Below are positions 10,512 through 23,374 of a DNA stretch of 64,000 bases, piece by piece. Within the stretch, counting starts at the first letter, position 1. Each line of letters starts with the position of its first letter. Source of the DNA: Squalus acanthias (lineage: Eukaryota). Where the stretch lies: NCBI GenBank assembly GCA_030390025.1, contig CM059438.1, positions 65,040,001 through 65,104,000 of the forward strand, in the 5' to 3' direction. The translations under genes and the position numbers were made by a program. The notes beneath the pieces were generated by a model. It worked only from the letters and a program-made list of their open reading frames with translations, searched no databases and had not been told where the DNA came from.

Positions 10512-10975
10512 ACATAAGAACGTAAGAACATAAGAAGTAAGAGCAGGAGTAGGCCATACGGCCCCTCGGCCCTGCTCCGCCATTCAATAAGATCATGGCT
10601 GATCATCGACCTCAACTCCACTTTCCCGCCCGATCTCCATATCCCTTGATTCCCCTAGAGTCCAAAAATCTATCTATCTCAGACTTGAATATACTCAAAG
10701 ACTCACATTCACAGCCCTCTGGGGCAGAGAATTCCAAAGATTCATAACCCTCTGAGTGAAGAAATTCCTCCTCATCTAAATGGCCGACCCCTTATCCTGA
10801 GACTATGCCCCCTAGTTCTAGACACTCCAGCCAGGGGAAACAACCTCTCAGCATCTATTCTGTCAATCTCCTTCAGAATCTTGTATTTTTCAATGAGATC
10901 ACCTCTCATTCTTCTAAATTCCAGAGAATATAGGCCCATTCTACACAATCTCTCATCATAGGACAGCCCTCTCAT
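10512..10975 (-). mobile_element. CR1 LINE 3' fragment
   Basis: GLSYDERL..GLYSLEFRRMRGDLI..TRGHSLRI, with a (CATAAGAA)n tail on +. Confidence 0.92.
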
Positions 10976-11065
10976 CTCATTACTCTGACTTCAGTAGCAG
11001 CACTCTTAAGTAAATGAGGTGGTTCTGCTGTCTCTTGAGGGACAAGTTGTTAAGGGCTGTTACCA

Positions 11066-11525
11066 ACGGTAGTGTAGTGATTGTTTTTAGACGAGTAATC
11101 CTGGTTCCCTAGTCTCATAATCTAGATGAATGTGAGTTCAAATCCCACCTATGGCAATTTAAGAATTTGAATTCAGTTTTTAAAATCTTAAAATTAAAAG
11201 CTGGTGTCAATAAAAGTGATCAGGAAGCTGTCGGATTGTCGTAAAAAAACAACTGGTTCACTAATGTCCTTTAGGGAAGGAAACCTGGCGTCCTTACCCG
11301 CTCTGGCCTATATGTGACTCCAGTCCCACACTAACATGGTTGACTCTTATCTGCCCTGTGAATTGGCTGCGCGTGTCATTCAGTCACATCAAACTGCTGC
11401 AAAGAATGTCACATGGACTGTAGTGGTTCAAAAAAGAAGGCCCACCACCACCTTCTCAAGGGCAACTAGGGATGTACAATAAATGCTGGCCTCGCCAGCA
11501 ATGCCCACATCCAGAGAATGAAGAC
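11066..11525 (+). mobile_element. tRNA-derived SINE sharing its 3' tail with the LINE family at 12535/37330/63690
   Basis: A-box-like GTAGTGTAGTG and B-box GAGTTCAAATCCC. The tail CACCACCACCTTCTCAAGGGCAACTAGGGATG..AATAAATGCTGGCC matches 39990-40045. Confidence 0.7.
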
Positions 11526-11744
11526 AGAATGTGTATTATTTGGTTCTGTGGAACTTCTCCCACATTTAAAAAACAGAGAATCCAGAGAACTGTTAGCCCA
11601 GCTCTTCTTGTGCTAGTAGCAGTTCTACAATATGACATTTTCTGTGGAATCTTTTCACATTAGGTTTTAGAAATCTCTATTACTGTTTCAGAAGCCGTTG
11701 CACATCGCAGGAACAGTCACCATTCATGGAACGCGCTCCCCTCA

Positions 11745-12080
11745 AGGAAGCACTCCAGTGCTGCATTCTAAGAGGTGCTGCCTTTTGGATGAGATGTTAA
11801 ACTAAAGTTCTGTCTGCTTGACCCACTGGTTCAAGTGGACTTTTTGAAGAAAAGAAGGGAATTGTCCTGCTATCCTGGCTAAACATTCCTCCCTCAACCA
11901 GTGCCACCAAAAAAACCACATTAATCATTTATCTAATTGCCTGTTGGTGAGCCATTGAAGGCACAAAATGGCTGCCAGGCTTACCTACATAACACTCACT
12001 TCACTTCAGAATGAATCCATTGTGTATGAAGTGATTTGAAGTATCTCCACATGATAAGGAGCGGTATAAAATTTATGTCT
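11745..12080 (+). mobile_element. Degenerate Deu-domain SINE (SacSINE1-like)
   Basis: GGATGAGATGTTAAAC..TTTGAAGAA..TCCTGGC..CCCTCAACCA motifs. Confidence 0.7.
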
Positions 12081-12534
12081 TTTACAATGACTGTCAAATT
12101 GAATTTAACAGCAAACATTTGGATTCTAATCTGCTGACAAACTGTTATAAATAACTCGCTAACGGCGTTATTTCTAACATCGAGCTCATTTTTAGAGGAC
12201 AAGGCACTGAGGCAATGAAAATAAACTATTTGAGCTTTGTTCTGGTAGCTTGCAATTTCACCAGAACTCCCCAAGGATTAAAGAACAATATTCTACCAAA
12301 AGCAACTGCTCTGGTGGGACTGGCTGTCACAGTAGTTTAGGCCAAGTCTGGAGCCCCTCTGGAACTAAGGTTCAAATCAAGCCCAGAGTAAAGGCGTGAA
12401 AGCTTACTCCATCTGTTGGCTGTAAGGTTCCTGTTATGTATATGCATCTTTCCTGGCCTCTGACTCAGATATTTTGGCTTCTGTGTTTTAGACTATTTTA
12501 ATAGGTGAGTGCTAACTCCCCAAGGCCTCCAGAG

Positions 12535-14072
12535 TTTTTTTTAATTTGTTTTATGGGATGTGGGCGTCGCTGGCAAGGCCAGCATTAATTGCCTATCCCT
12601 AATTGCTCTTGAGAAGGTGGTGGTGAGTCACCTTCTTGAACCGCTGCAGTCCGTGTGGTGAAGGTAATCCTGTTAAGTAGGGAGATCTAGGATTTTGACC
12701 CAGCAACGATGAAGGAACGGCGATATATTTCCAACTTGGAGGTGGTGGTGTTCCCATGCGCCTGCTGCCCTTGTCCTTCTAGGTGGAAGAGGTCGTGGGT
12801 TTGGGAGGTGCTGCTGAAGAAGCCTTGGTGAGTTGCTGCAGTGCATCTTGTAGATGGTACACACTGCAGCCACGGTACGCCGGTGGTGGAGAGAGTGAAT
12901 GTTTAAGGTGGTGGATGGGGTGCCAATCAAGCGGGCTGCTTTGTCCTGGATGGTGTCGAGCTTCTTGAGTGTTGTTGGAGCTGCACTCATCCAGGCAAGT
13001 GGAGAGTATTCCATCACACTCCTTACTTGTGCCTTGTAGATGGTGGAAAGGCTTTGGCGAGTCAGGAGGTGAGACACTCGCCGCAGAATACCTAGCCTCT
13101 GACCTGCTCTTGTTGCCACTGTATTTATGTGGCTGGTCCAGTTAAGTTTCTGATCAATGGTGACCCCCAGGATGTTGATGATGGGAGATTCAGCGATGAT
13201 AATGCCGTGGAATGTCAAGGGGCGGTGGTTAGACTCTTGCTTGTTGGAGATAGTCATTGCCTGGCACTTCTGTGGCGCGAATGTTACCTGTCACTTATTA
13301 GTTCAAGTCCTGAACGTCATTCAGGTCTTGTTGCATGCGGGCATGGACTGCTTCATTATCTGAGGAGTTGTGAATGGCGCTGAACACTGTGCAACCATCA
13401 GCGAACATCCCCATTTCTGACCTTATGTTGGATGGAAGGTCTTGATGAAGCAGCTGAAGATGGTTGGGCCTAAGACACTGCCCTGAGGAATTCTGCAGCG
13501 ATGTCCTAGGGCTGTGATGATTGACCTTCAACCACTACAACCATCTTCCTTATTGCTAGGTATGACTCCAGCCAGTGGAGAATTTTCTCCCCGATTCCCA
13601 TTGACTTCAGTTTTACTAAGGCTCCTTGATGCCATACTTGGTCAAATGCTGCCTTAATGTCAAAGGCAGTCACTCTCAGCTCACCTCTGGAATTCAGCTC
13701 CTTTGTCAATGTTTGGACCAAGGCTGTAATGAGGTCTGGAGCCGAGTGGTCTTGGCGGAACCCACACTGGGCATCAGTGAGCAGATTATTGGTGAGTAAG
13801 TGCCGCTTGATAGCACTGTTGATGACACCTTCCATCACTTTGCTGATGATTGAGTGTAGACTGATGGGGCGGGAAGTGGCCGGATTTGATTTGTCCTGCT
13901 TTTTGTGGACAGACATACCTGGGCAGTTTTCCACTTTGTTGGATAGATGCCAGTGTTGTAGCTGTACTGGAACAGCTTGGCTAGAGGCGCGGCTAGTTCT
14001 GGAGCACAAGTCTTCAGCAGGATAGCCGGGATGTTGTCGGGGCCCATAGCCTTTGCTGCATCCAGTGCGCTT
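12535..14072 (-). mobile_element. Non-LTR retrotransposon (CR1/L2-group), 5'-truncated RT fragment
   Basis: Frameshifted RT: GPDNIP, GFRQDHS, FDIKAAFDQVWHQG, MFADG, YKAQVRSVMEY; poly(A) end near 12535. Confidence 0.92.
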
Positions 14073-14689
14073 GACTGGCTTAGATATCTCAGGAAGTTAA
14101 CCTAGCATTCCCAGGAAAGAAGCGGACAAAAGTGCTTAATTATTTTTGTCTCAGGTCCTCTCTGGAATGAGTTTGGGCAGACCCGATCCTACACCTAGCT
14201 GACATGGATACACGACCCAGACATCTCCTAATTCAACAATAATTGTTTTTCTCAATCAGTGACGCAACTGGATGGCCAGTATGAAAATCGGAAAAATGTC
14301 ACTGGTGCAGTCGGTGGTGCAGTTCTGAGTTTGGAGACAGTGTTGGGACAGAATAGCGAGAGTTTAGCTTGGCATCTAGCCATTGCTATACTCAACCTGG
14401 GAGTGTTGATGCTGGCCCTGGGCGTTCAAAAATAAGAAAGCATTTCATTTTCCAACACTACTGCAGCTTAATAATAATTGACCAAAAATAAGAAGCTTCT
14501 CATAACTGTATTGCAAAGCTAAATATCAGCTTTCCCAAATCCATGTGAATCCTTGTATTTATAAGAAATATATGCAGAGATGGAAAGACTATGCAAGGAA
14601 ACGAGATTTTACGTGTGAGTCAAGTTCCTCTCAATGGAAAGAAATGAATAAATATTTGTTCCCCTGTTGCATTACTGACTGCTTACATT

Positions 14690-14786
14690 GGGCGGAAATT
14701 TCTTCCAAGCTGTTCCCGGTCCTTTGAGCGCACTTCCGGCCGAGTAATGCCAGAGGAGTGCGAGCAGCTCCCAGGAATTACCGACC
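14690..14786. mobile_element. 97-bp Harbinger-type mini-MITE
   Basis: GGGCGGAAATT ... AATTACCGACC (9/11 inverted match), flanked by ATT on both sides. Confidence 0.55.
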
Positions 14787-15284
14787 ATTGAGTTTAAACT
14801 GGGACGTCGTAGGGTTTCCTGAAACAGAATAGGCATCCTCCATGGGAATGATGTTAGGAGCCAGCACTAAACCAGCAACTTTCAATGCACAGGACCCCAT
14901 TGAGTAAGTGGCACTTACGGACTCATTGTGTCAGTCTCGACCACTGCTGCAATTGTGTATCTTCAGTAATCAAAAAAAAAGTAACTGATTTCTTGTTTTT
15001 GTATATTGTTAACTCTTGTGTGACGAGAGAAGAGTTCAGTATAAAGCGGCACCCTCACAAGACAAGTCTATTGAGGAGCTGTGTACAACAAGATATCGGC
15101 ATGGCATCTCACTCCTGGCATGAGTTTTATTTTGATGCAATGAATGTTTAAGGCAGCTATGTGATGCAAGGGAATAATGTAGCACCATTCAACATTTGGG
15201 CCTGAGTCTGAATCCTGCCCAGCCCCTGCGATGGAAGTCTCCTCTCATAGCAGCTTGTAAATGTGTCCTCTGTGCCCATCTTTC

Positions 15285-16651
15285 CCGCAACTCATTTGTT
15301 TGAATCCCTCCAATCCGGTTTCAGCCCCTGCCAAAGTACTGAAACAGCTTTCATCAAAGTCTCAAACGACATCCTTTGTGATTGTGACAAAGGTAAACTA
15401 TCCCTCCTCGTCCTTCTTGACTTGTCTGCAGCCTTTGACACAGTTGACCACTCCATCCTTCTCCAACGCCTCCCCACCGTCGTCCAGCTGGGTGGGACTG
15501 CACTCGCCTGGTTCCATTCTTATCTATCTAATCATAGTCAGAGAATCACCTGCAATGGTTTCTCTTCCCACTCCCGCATCGTTACCTCTGGTGTCCCTCA
15601 AGGATCTATCCTTGGCCCCCTCCTATTTCTCTTCTACATGCTGCCCCTTGGCGACATCATCCGAAAACACAGCGTCAGTTTCCACAAGTACGCTGACGAC
15701 ACCCAGCTCTACCTCACCACCACTTCTCTCGATCCCTCCACAGTGTTCAAATTGACACACTGCTTGTCCGACATCCAGTTCTGGATGAGCAGAAATTTTC
15801 TTCAATTAAATATTGGGAAGACCGAAGCCATCGTTTTCGGTCCCCGCCACAAACTCTGTTCCCTAGCCACTGACTCTATCTCTCTCCCTAACATCTGTCT
15901 GAAGCTGAACCACACTGTTCGCAACCTTGGTGTCATATTTGACCCTGAAATGAGCTTCTGACCACATATCCGCAGCATAACTAAGACAGCCTATTTCCAC
16001 CTCCATAACATCATTCGTCTCTGCCCTTGCCTCAGCTCATCTGCTGCTGAAACCCTCATCCATGCCTTTGTTACCTCTAGACTTGACTGTTCCAACGCAC
16101 TCCTGGCTGGCCTCCCATGTTCTACCCTCCATAAACTTGAGGTCATCCAAAACTCGGCTGCCCTTGTCCTAACTCGCACCAAGTCCCGTTCACACATTAC
16201 CCCTATGCTCGCTGACCTACATTGGCTTCCGGTTAAGCAACGCATCAATTTCAAAATTCTCATCCTTGTTTTCAAATCCCTCCATGGCCTCACCCCTCCC
16301 TATCTCTGTAATCTCCTCCAGCCCCACAACCCCCCGAGATATCTGCGCTCCTCTAATTTTACCCTCTTGAGCATCCCTGATTATAATCGCTCAACCATTG
16401 GTGGCTGTACCTTCTGTTGCCTAGACCCTAAGCTCTGGAATTCCCTGCCTAAACCTCTCTGCCTTGCTACCTCTCTTTCTTCCTTTAAGACGCTCCTTAA
16501 AACCTACCTCTTTGACCAAGCTTTTGGTCACCTGCCCTAATGTCTCCTTATGTGGCTCGGTGTCAAATTTTTTGTCGTCTTATACTCCTGTGAAGCGCCT
16601 TGGGATGTTTTACTACGTTAAAGGCGCGATATAAATACAAGTTGTTGTTGC
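15285..16651 (+). mobile_element. L2-clade LINE, 5'-truncated (RT to 3' end)
   Basis: QSGF..STETA, LLDLSAAFDTVDH, GVPQGSILGP, YADDTQLY, LHWLPV; 3' tail GTGAAGCGCCTTGGG...ATAAATACAAG(TTG)n. Confidence 0.95.
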
Positions 16652-16879
16652 TGGTAAAGGGCCTGGGCAGTTTATGTCTCAGTGCCACAGTGCCAGGCAC
16701 AGTGCAGAAAACTGCCAAATGATTGGGCATGAATTGGTATTCAGAACCCTCTACGCTGCTTGTTTGATAGGCGTGCATAGCGTTATCACTAGATTTATGT
16801 GGTGCATTAGTGCTAAAGTGTATGAAACATCGGACTTCAGACAATATGATTTACTGTGTGTGGTACATTTCTTCTGCAA

Positions 16880-17140
16880 AGGTAGACATAAAAGATCCCA
16901 TGGCACTATTTCGAAGAAGAGCAGGGAAGTTATCTCTGGTGTCCTGGCCAATATTTTTCCCTCAACCAACATCACTAAAAAAAACAGATTATCTGGTCAT
17001 TATCACTTTGCTGTTTGTGGGACCTTGCTGTGCACACATTGGCTGCACTTCAAAAGTACTTCATTGGCTGTAAAATGCTTTGGGATGTTCTGAGGTTGTG
17101 AGGTTGTGAAAGGTGCTACATAAATGCAAGTTCTTTCTTT
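16880..17140 (+). mobile_element. SacSINE1-like DeuSINE 3' half
   Basis: AAAAGATCCCATGGCACTATTTCGAAGAAGAGCAGGG core and an L2-like tail. Confidence 0.85.
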
Positions 17141-18239
17141 TAAAACTCTTAAACTCACTTCAAATAGTTCACCAGCCCCCCATAGAATTACAGAATGATG
17201 CAGCACAGAAGGAGGCCATTCGGCCCATTGTGCCTGTGCCGGCTCTTTGAAAGAGCGATCCAATTAGTCCCACTCCCCTGCTCTTTCCCCCATAGCCCTG
17301 CAAATTCTCCCCTTCAAGTATTTATCCAAGAATGGATACCACCAACAATGAGGAATTTTCAACCAGCAGTACTTCAGCTCAGTGTTATATCGCTCCAAAT
17401 GCTCTGACACAACCCAATTTGTGAAGGACAAGATTTTTAGTTACTTTTAGACGATAGACATGGGCATTCCCTTCCCATCTATAGCGTAAAATGGCACAGC
17501 TTCCAGGAACCAATGGCATCATACAGCCATGAAAATGTTGGACTGTGATTCTGCCACTGAGACCTGATTGTTTGTGTAACCGTGGGGTGCTGCCACGCTT
17601 TGTGGGTCTCCGTACAAAAGCGAATGCACTGCACCTGCAGAGACTGGCTCTCTGTAAAAGTGGGACGGCACTCACGGAACATTAAGGAAGCGAATCTCCT
17701 GAAACAGAACGCAGTAATAGCAGCCGTAGAAAAGCACCTTTTAAATGTGTGCCTGGGTGTTTCTCTCAGTTCAAGGGGACATGGTGCCAAAAATTCACAT
17801 ACCCAGCATAACCTTGCATTAAATTCTTGTGACAATACAGCCGAACACCCAGAATTAAAACTTCATGTGCGGAGAGGACACTCTTAAATAAAGTGGCTTC
17901 TAACCCCTGTTGTTATTCTGTTCATAAAGCGACCCTGAGCCTCAGCAAAAATACATGCCTTTTATTGCAATTGTACTCCGGCAGCAAGATGTTATTGGCG
18001 CTGTTCTGATAGCAGTATAAAAAATAACTATTATATACTCAGGCATGAGGTGAAAGTTTCGTTAAATATGCCAGCTACACCCAGAGAGAGAAATGAATGT
18101 GTTGCTTATCAGAGCCAAGTGTTAGAAGATGACAATGGTTTTCACACTATTCAGACAAGGGCCATTGAGCACAATTTCTTTTCATGCCAAAAAATTTTAC
18201 ATTGCCATTTAATGCAATTACCATTAGGTTAAATGGTGG

Positions 18240-18800
18240 ATATCAGCTGGAATACTGTGTGCAGTTCTGGTCGCCACACTATAGGAAGGATGTGATTGCA
18301 TTGGAGAGGGTGCAGAGGAGATTCACCAGGATGTTACCTGGGCTGGAGCGCTTCAGCTATGAGGAGAGACTGGACAGGCTGGGGTTGTTTTCCTTGGAGC
18401 AGAGAAGGCTGAGGGGGGACCTGATTGAGGTGTACAAAATTATGAGGGGCATAGATAGGGTAGATAGAAAGGAACTTTTCCCCTTAGTAGAGGGGTCAAT
18501 AACCAGGGGGCATAGTTTCAAGATAAGGGGCAGGAGGTTTAGAGGGGATTTGAGGAAAAACTTTTTCACCAAGAGGGTGGTTGGAATCTGGAACTCACTG
18601 TCTGAAAGGGTGGTAGAGGCAGGAACCCTCACAACATTCAAGAAGCATTTAGATGAGCACTTGAAACGGCATAGCATACAAGGCTACGGACCAAGTGCTG
18701 GAAAATGGGATTAGAATAGACAGGGCTTGATGGCCGGCACGGACACGATGGGCCGAAGAGCCTCTTTCTGTGCTGTATAACTCTATGACTCTATGACTCT
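18240..18800 (+). mobile_element. CR1 LINE 3' fragment
   Basis: LEYCVQFWSPHYRKD..LERVQRRFTRM..; (TATGACTC)n tail. Confidence 0.93.
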
Positions 18801-19068
18801 AATAAATTTTTTAAAAACCATCACGTTTTTAAAATGAGTTAAAATTACAATAAATTTAATATTTTAAACGAAAATTTAATTTTTTGAAAAAAATAATTAA
18901 AGTTTTTTATGGGGCTAAAAATAAACTTAACTTTTTTAAAAGTATTTTAAATTATAAATCAGTGAAAAATGTTTTTTTAACTTTTTTTCAACTCTTATGC
19001 TGGTAAAAGCAGGCCTACGGGTGTGTACACAGCTCGTACACACCCGTAGGCATCGGAATATATGGGCC
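18801..19068 (+). mobile_element. Truncated MITE of the GGCCCAGA family (right half)
   Basis: AT-rich core matches 47445-47660; ends ATCGGAATATATGGGCC then AAT. Confidence 0.8.
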
Positions 19069-19199
19069 AATGTCTCAAAGTCTCAAGGGACTTCAACAAG
19101 TGGAAAGAAATTAACTAATTTAAAAATCAGATTTTTTTTGAGGGAAAGATTTTGCTATAAATCGAAAGCAGCAGATATCTCCCCCCAGGTGTCAGGTTT

Positions 19200-19510
19200 A
19201 TAGAATCATAGAATCTTACAGCACCGAAGGAGGCCATTCAGCCCATCATGCCTGTGCCGGTTCTTTGAAGGAGCCATCCAATTAGTTCCACTCCCCCACT
19301 CATTCCCCATTGACTGCAAATTTTTCCCCATCAAATATATTTCCAATTCCCTTTTGAAAGTTACTATTGAATCTTTATCCACCAACCTCTCAGACGGTTA
19401 TTCCAGATCACAACAACTCGTTGTGTAAAACAAATTCTCCTCATTTCCCCCCTTAATTTTTTTCCAATTATCTTAAATCTTTGTCCTCTGGTTACCGACC
19501 CTCCTGCCAT
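19200..19510 (-). mobile_element. CR1 3' fragment
   Basis: TAGAATCATAGAA..GAAGGAGGCCATTC tail; homologous to 53654-53970. Confidence 0.85.
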
Positions 19511-19894
19511 TATATTTCAAAAATTTCCGGACAGATTATTCAGACTGTCCAGTCCAAACTGCCGGTACAACTGCATATTTTTATACAACTGAAATATTGT
19601 TCATAATGAAGGTTGAATGTTACATAGCTTGTCAGTGGCTCTTGTATATCTGCGACACCCATTTGATTTCCTGGTCCGTATTGATATTGTGCCAAAGGCT
19701 ACTCCCTGCTGGTGTCTCTTCTTGTTGTGATTTGCTCTGGTCACAGTCTGCCTACATGTGTCAGAGCCAAGAGCGGAAGACTGGGGCCCACCAATCACCT
19801 GCAAGTAGTTGCAAAGTTAGCCACCCTTAATCAACTAAAAATAAACATCTTTAATCTCTTCTAACATAACAGCAGTTTAATTATCATGAAACAA

Positions 19895-20210
19895 CTTTCC
19901 GAGAACTCTGCGTTCCTCCCAACTCTAGCCTCTTTTGCATCCCCGATTTCCTTTGCCCCACCATTGGCAGCCATGCCTTCAGCTGTCTAGGCCCTAAGCT
20001 CTGGAATTTCCTCCCAAAACCTCTCTACCTCTCTTCTCCTCCTTTAAAACCCTCCTGAAAACCTACCTCTTTGACCAAGCCTTTGGTCACCTGCCCTAAT
20101 ATCTCCTTTGACTCGGTGTCAATGTATTTTGTCTGATTAGGCTGCGGTGAAGCGCCTTGGAAGGTTTTACTGCATTAAAGGCGCCATGTCAATGCAAGTT
20201 GCTGTTGTTG
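19895..20210 (+). mobile_element. L2 3' fragment
   Basis: Homologous to 16335-16650. Confidence 0.88.
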
Positions 20211-21662
20211 TGTGAAACAAAGTGTCTCCAATATCAACCGTCAATTGGAACCAATAGCTGGTGGCAGCATTTTTACTGGTAGCTTCCTCATTACAGCAAC
20301 ACACTCCAAGGCTTGCAGTATTAAATTATAAATAAGATTCAGCTCTCTGTTTTATTAGATTTAAATAAGACTTAATCATTACATATGCTCAAAAACTGTG
20401 CAATTAGTAGTGCAGCTATTAGAAACAAAACACATTAGAATGCAATGAGGGCTTTTAAATTAAAAATTAAATCGCACGGGCAAAATAATGAGAGGCATGT
20501 GTCCTTTTTGTTTGCCCATGGAGTTTTCATTTTAAACTTGGAGCGACCATGTGTTCCTGAATTGGGGAGAAATTTATGAAAAAATAATGACACACTCATG
20601 TATAATTTACTTGTTAACACCGATAACATCATTAAAGTTTGCAATTGCTTAATGTCGAACAACTGGGACTGTCACACAATCCTACAAAGCTATAAAAGTG
20701 AAAGGAATGGCTTACGATTAGCTAGGTCATTTTTTCTGTCGCCTTCCATCCCAAAGATCTCTCTTAAGCTGAATAACTATTAAATTAAAAGTGCTGATTG
20801 AACTGTGGCAGTGAAAGACTCCTTGCCAGAAGAAATGATCGCATTTTCCAAATCTCTTTTTCAGCACCACTCCAATATTTCAACTTCGCGCACAGAAATG
20901 AATCAAAGGCATTTTTCAGAATTAGCAACCAGTTGGAAAACATGAATTTTTAATGCGCTTCTTTTAGTTTGTTCTCTGGGAATATTGAGTCCGGCAATTT
21001 CTGGGTGTCCAACAGAAACAGGAAGAAGATCTTTATTCTGTTTTTTTTCCCCCTTCAAGTGCAATTCGGAAAAAATGAAGATGAGTATTTTTTTTTAATA
21101 CGAGGACTGACTCCTGTTAAAGAAGTGTTCGGTTTGCCTCTGGGGTCCAAATGCAATTTGCACGGGAAAAATACAATTTTCCACTCCTTTTCAGGAGCAA
21201 TTTGTATTTGTGCCAGGCGATCTCTCCCCACTTCCACCGGCCCCCGGCTTCACATTGGCAGAGAGTGACTGTACTGAACCTGGATTGCTTCCATTAGACG
21301 CTTTAATTAGGGGTTGTAACTGAACCAGCTCTACTCCGCCTGCAATTCCCACCTTCCCCAGCCCCTCTTGCTGTTCATTCCTGACTCTTTAAGCAAATCA
21401 GGTAGAACACAGAGACTTGGTCTGAAGTCAAATAAAACAGAAACACGGAGTGGAGAACGACACTGTGTTGGAATATATGGGAATTAGAATGTTTGCAGCA
21501 CATTCGTCTGATTATTGATCAGAGTGTAGTTCTGAGGCTAACTGCAGGCACAAGGATTGAGTGCAGCGAAGCGCTTCTAGGATCAGTTTATTTTGGTCAG
21601 TAGTGTTTGATAATCCAGCCTGTTGGAGTTTTTTTTTACAAGTAAAGGGATTTGTACAGAAA

Positions 21663-22586
21663 CTTAAGCACAAAATCTAGGCTGACACGCCAGTGCAGTA
21701 CTGAAGGAGCGCTGCACTGGAGTGTCATCTTTCAGATGAGACGTTAAAACCGAGGCACTGTCGGAGGGGCAATACTGAGAGAGTGCTGCACTGTCGAAGG
21801 GGCAGTATTGAAGGAGTGCTGCACTGTTGGAGGGGCAGTACTGAGGGAGTGTTGCGCTGTCGGAGGGGCAGTATTGAAGGAGTGCTGCACTGTCGGAGGG
21901 GCAGTACTGAGGGAGTGTTGCGCTGTCGGAGGGGCAGTACTGAGGGAGTGTTGCGCTGTCGGAGGGGCAGTATTGAAGGAGTGCTGCACTGTCGGAGGGG
22001 CAGTACTGAGGGAGTGTTGCGCTGTCGGAGGGGTAGTACTGAGGGAGTACTGCACTGTCGGAGGGGCAGTACTGAGGGAGTGTTGCGCTGTCGGAGGGGC
22101 AGTATTGAGGGAGTGCTGCACTGTCGGAGGGGCAGTACTGAGGGAGTACTGCACTGTCGGAGGGGCAGTACTGAGGGAGTGTTGCGCTGTCGGAGGGGCA
22201 GTATTGAGGGAGTGCTGCACTGTCGGAGGGGCAGTACTGAGGGAGTGCTGCACTGTCGGTGGTGCCACCTTTCAGATGAGAGGTTAAAATCCAGACCTCG
22301 TCTGCCCTGGCAGGTAGACGTAAAAGATCCCATGGCACTATTTTGAAGAAGAGCAGGGGAGTACTCTCCAGTGTCCTGGCCAATATTTATCCCTCAACCA
22401 ATATCAATAAAGCAGATGAACTGGTCATTTATTTCTTGCTATCTGTGGGGTCTTGTTGTGCACAAATGAGCTGCAGTGTTTCGTACATTACAATAGTGAC
22501 TACACTTCAAAGCACTTCATTAGCTGTAAAGCGCTTTAGGACGTCCTGAAGTATTAAAGGCACTATATAAATGCAAGCCTTTTTTT
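21663..22586 (+). mobile_element. SacSINE1-like SINE expanded by an internal minisatellite
   Basis: SINE head at 21663-21755, array, then a second SINE core and tail at 22259-22586. Confidence 0.88.
21755..22258 (+). repeat. 33-bp minisatellite, about 15 units
   Basis: Unit GCACTGTCGGAGGGGCAGTACTGAGGGAGTGCT with variants; gives 11-aa periodicity in the ORF track. Confidence 0.97.
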
Positions 22587-23374
22587 GCAACTGGGCATGT
22601 TACGCAAATCAGACTCAATCAGCAGTGGGCCTTAGAGGAGATGTCTGAACATTCTGCACAATACCAGATTGCAGTCCTTCTACTTAGAACACCAGTCTTA
22701 TTTTATATTTCATCCCAGCTTGGTCAAGTATATCCAGTCGCTGTGATCGAGGATACAAACCATCTTTAATAAGAAAAGGAATAACACCTTGCTGATATTG
22801 TAAGTTCCAGTAAACAGACAGGCAGCTCTGATACAGATCTGATTTAGATTATGTTTTATGGAAAAGCCGAGAAACCGTATTCTATTTAACTGTCAATCTT
22901 GCGACAGATGTTATGCACATGATGATCAACAGCCCAGATAACAGACCAGTTAAAGGGGGAAAATTTAAAGGAAAGCCTGCTTCTACATAGATAGCTCGAT
23001 TTCTGCTGAATCCCACTCACATTAATATTCTGATATCTTCCTGATGGAGGAACATTGCAGTCACAAATACTTTAATACTCAGCTCACTAAAGGCAAATAT
23101 TTGCAGCTTAATCACAGATGAGTATTTCTGTACTGTAACATTTGGTTTCCTGTGTATCAAATATACAGTAACATTACCCCAGTATATGAGTCCTTTGTTC
23201 TGATGCATCCATGCCCTTTATATTAACATCTGTTGGAACTCCTCTCCCTTTATATCTTTGTAACTAATGGGCATTCTTGAGGCTTCAGAGAGGCCTTCTT
23301 CCTGGGTTCGAGCTTTTGGTAAATTTAAAAGCACCTTTCTAGTGAACTCACTGTCATAGGATGGAGAAGATCCT

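Noticed and set aside
21664..22383. Long repeat-protein ORFs in five frames; CRISPR-like periodicity
   Set aside because: Artefact of a 33-bp tandem array with few stops. There are no unique spacers and the context is eukaryotic.
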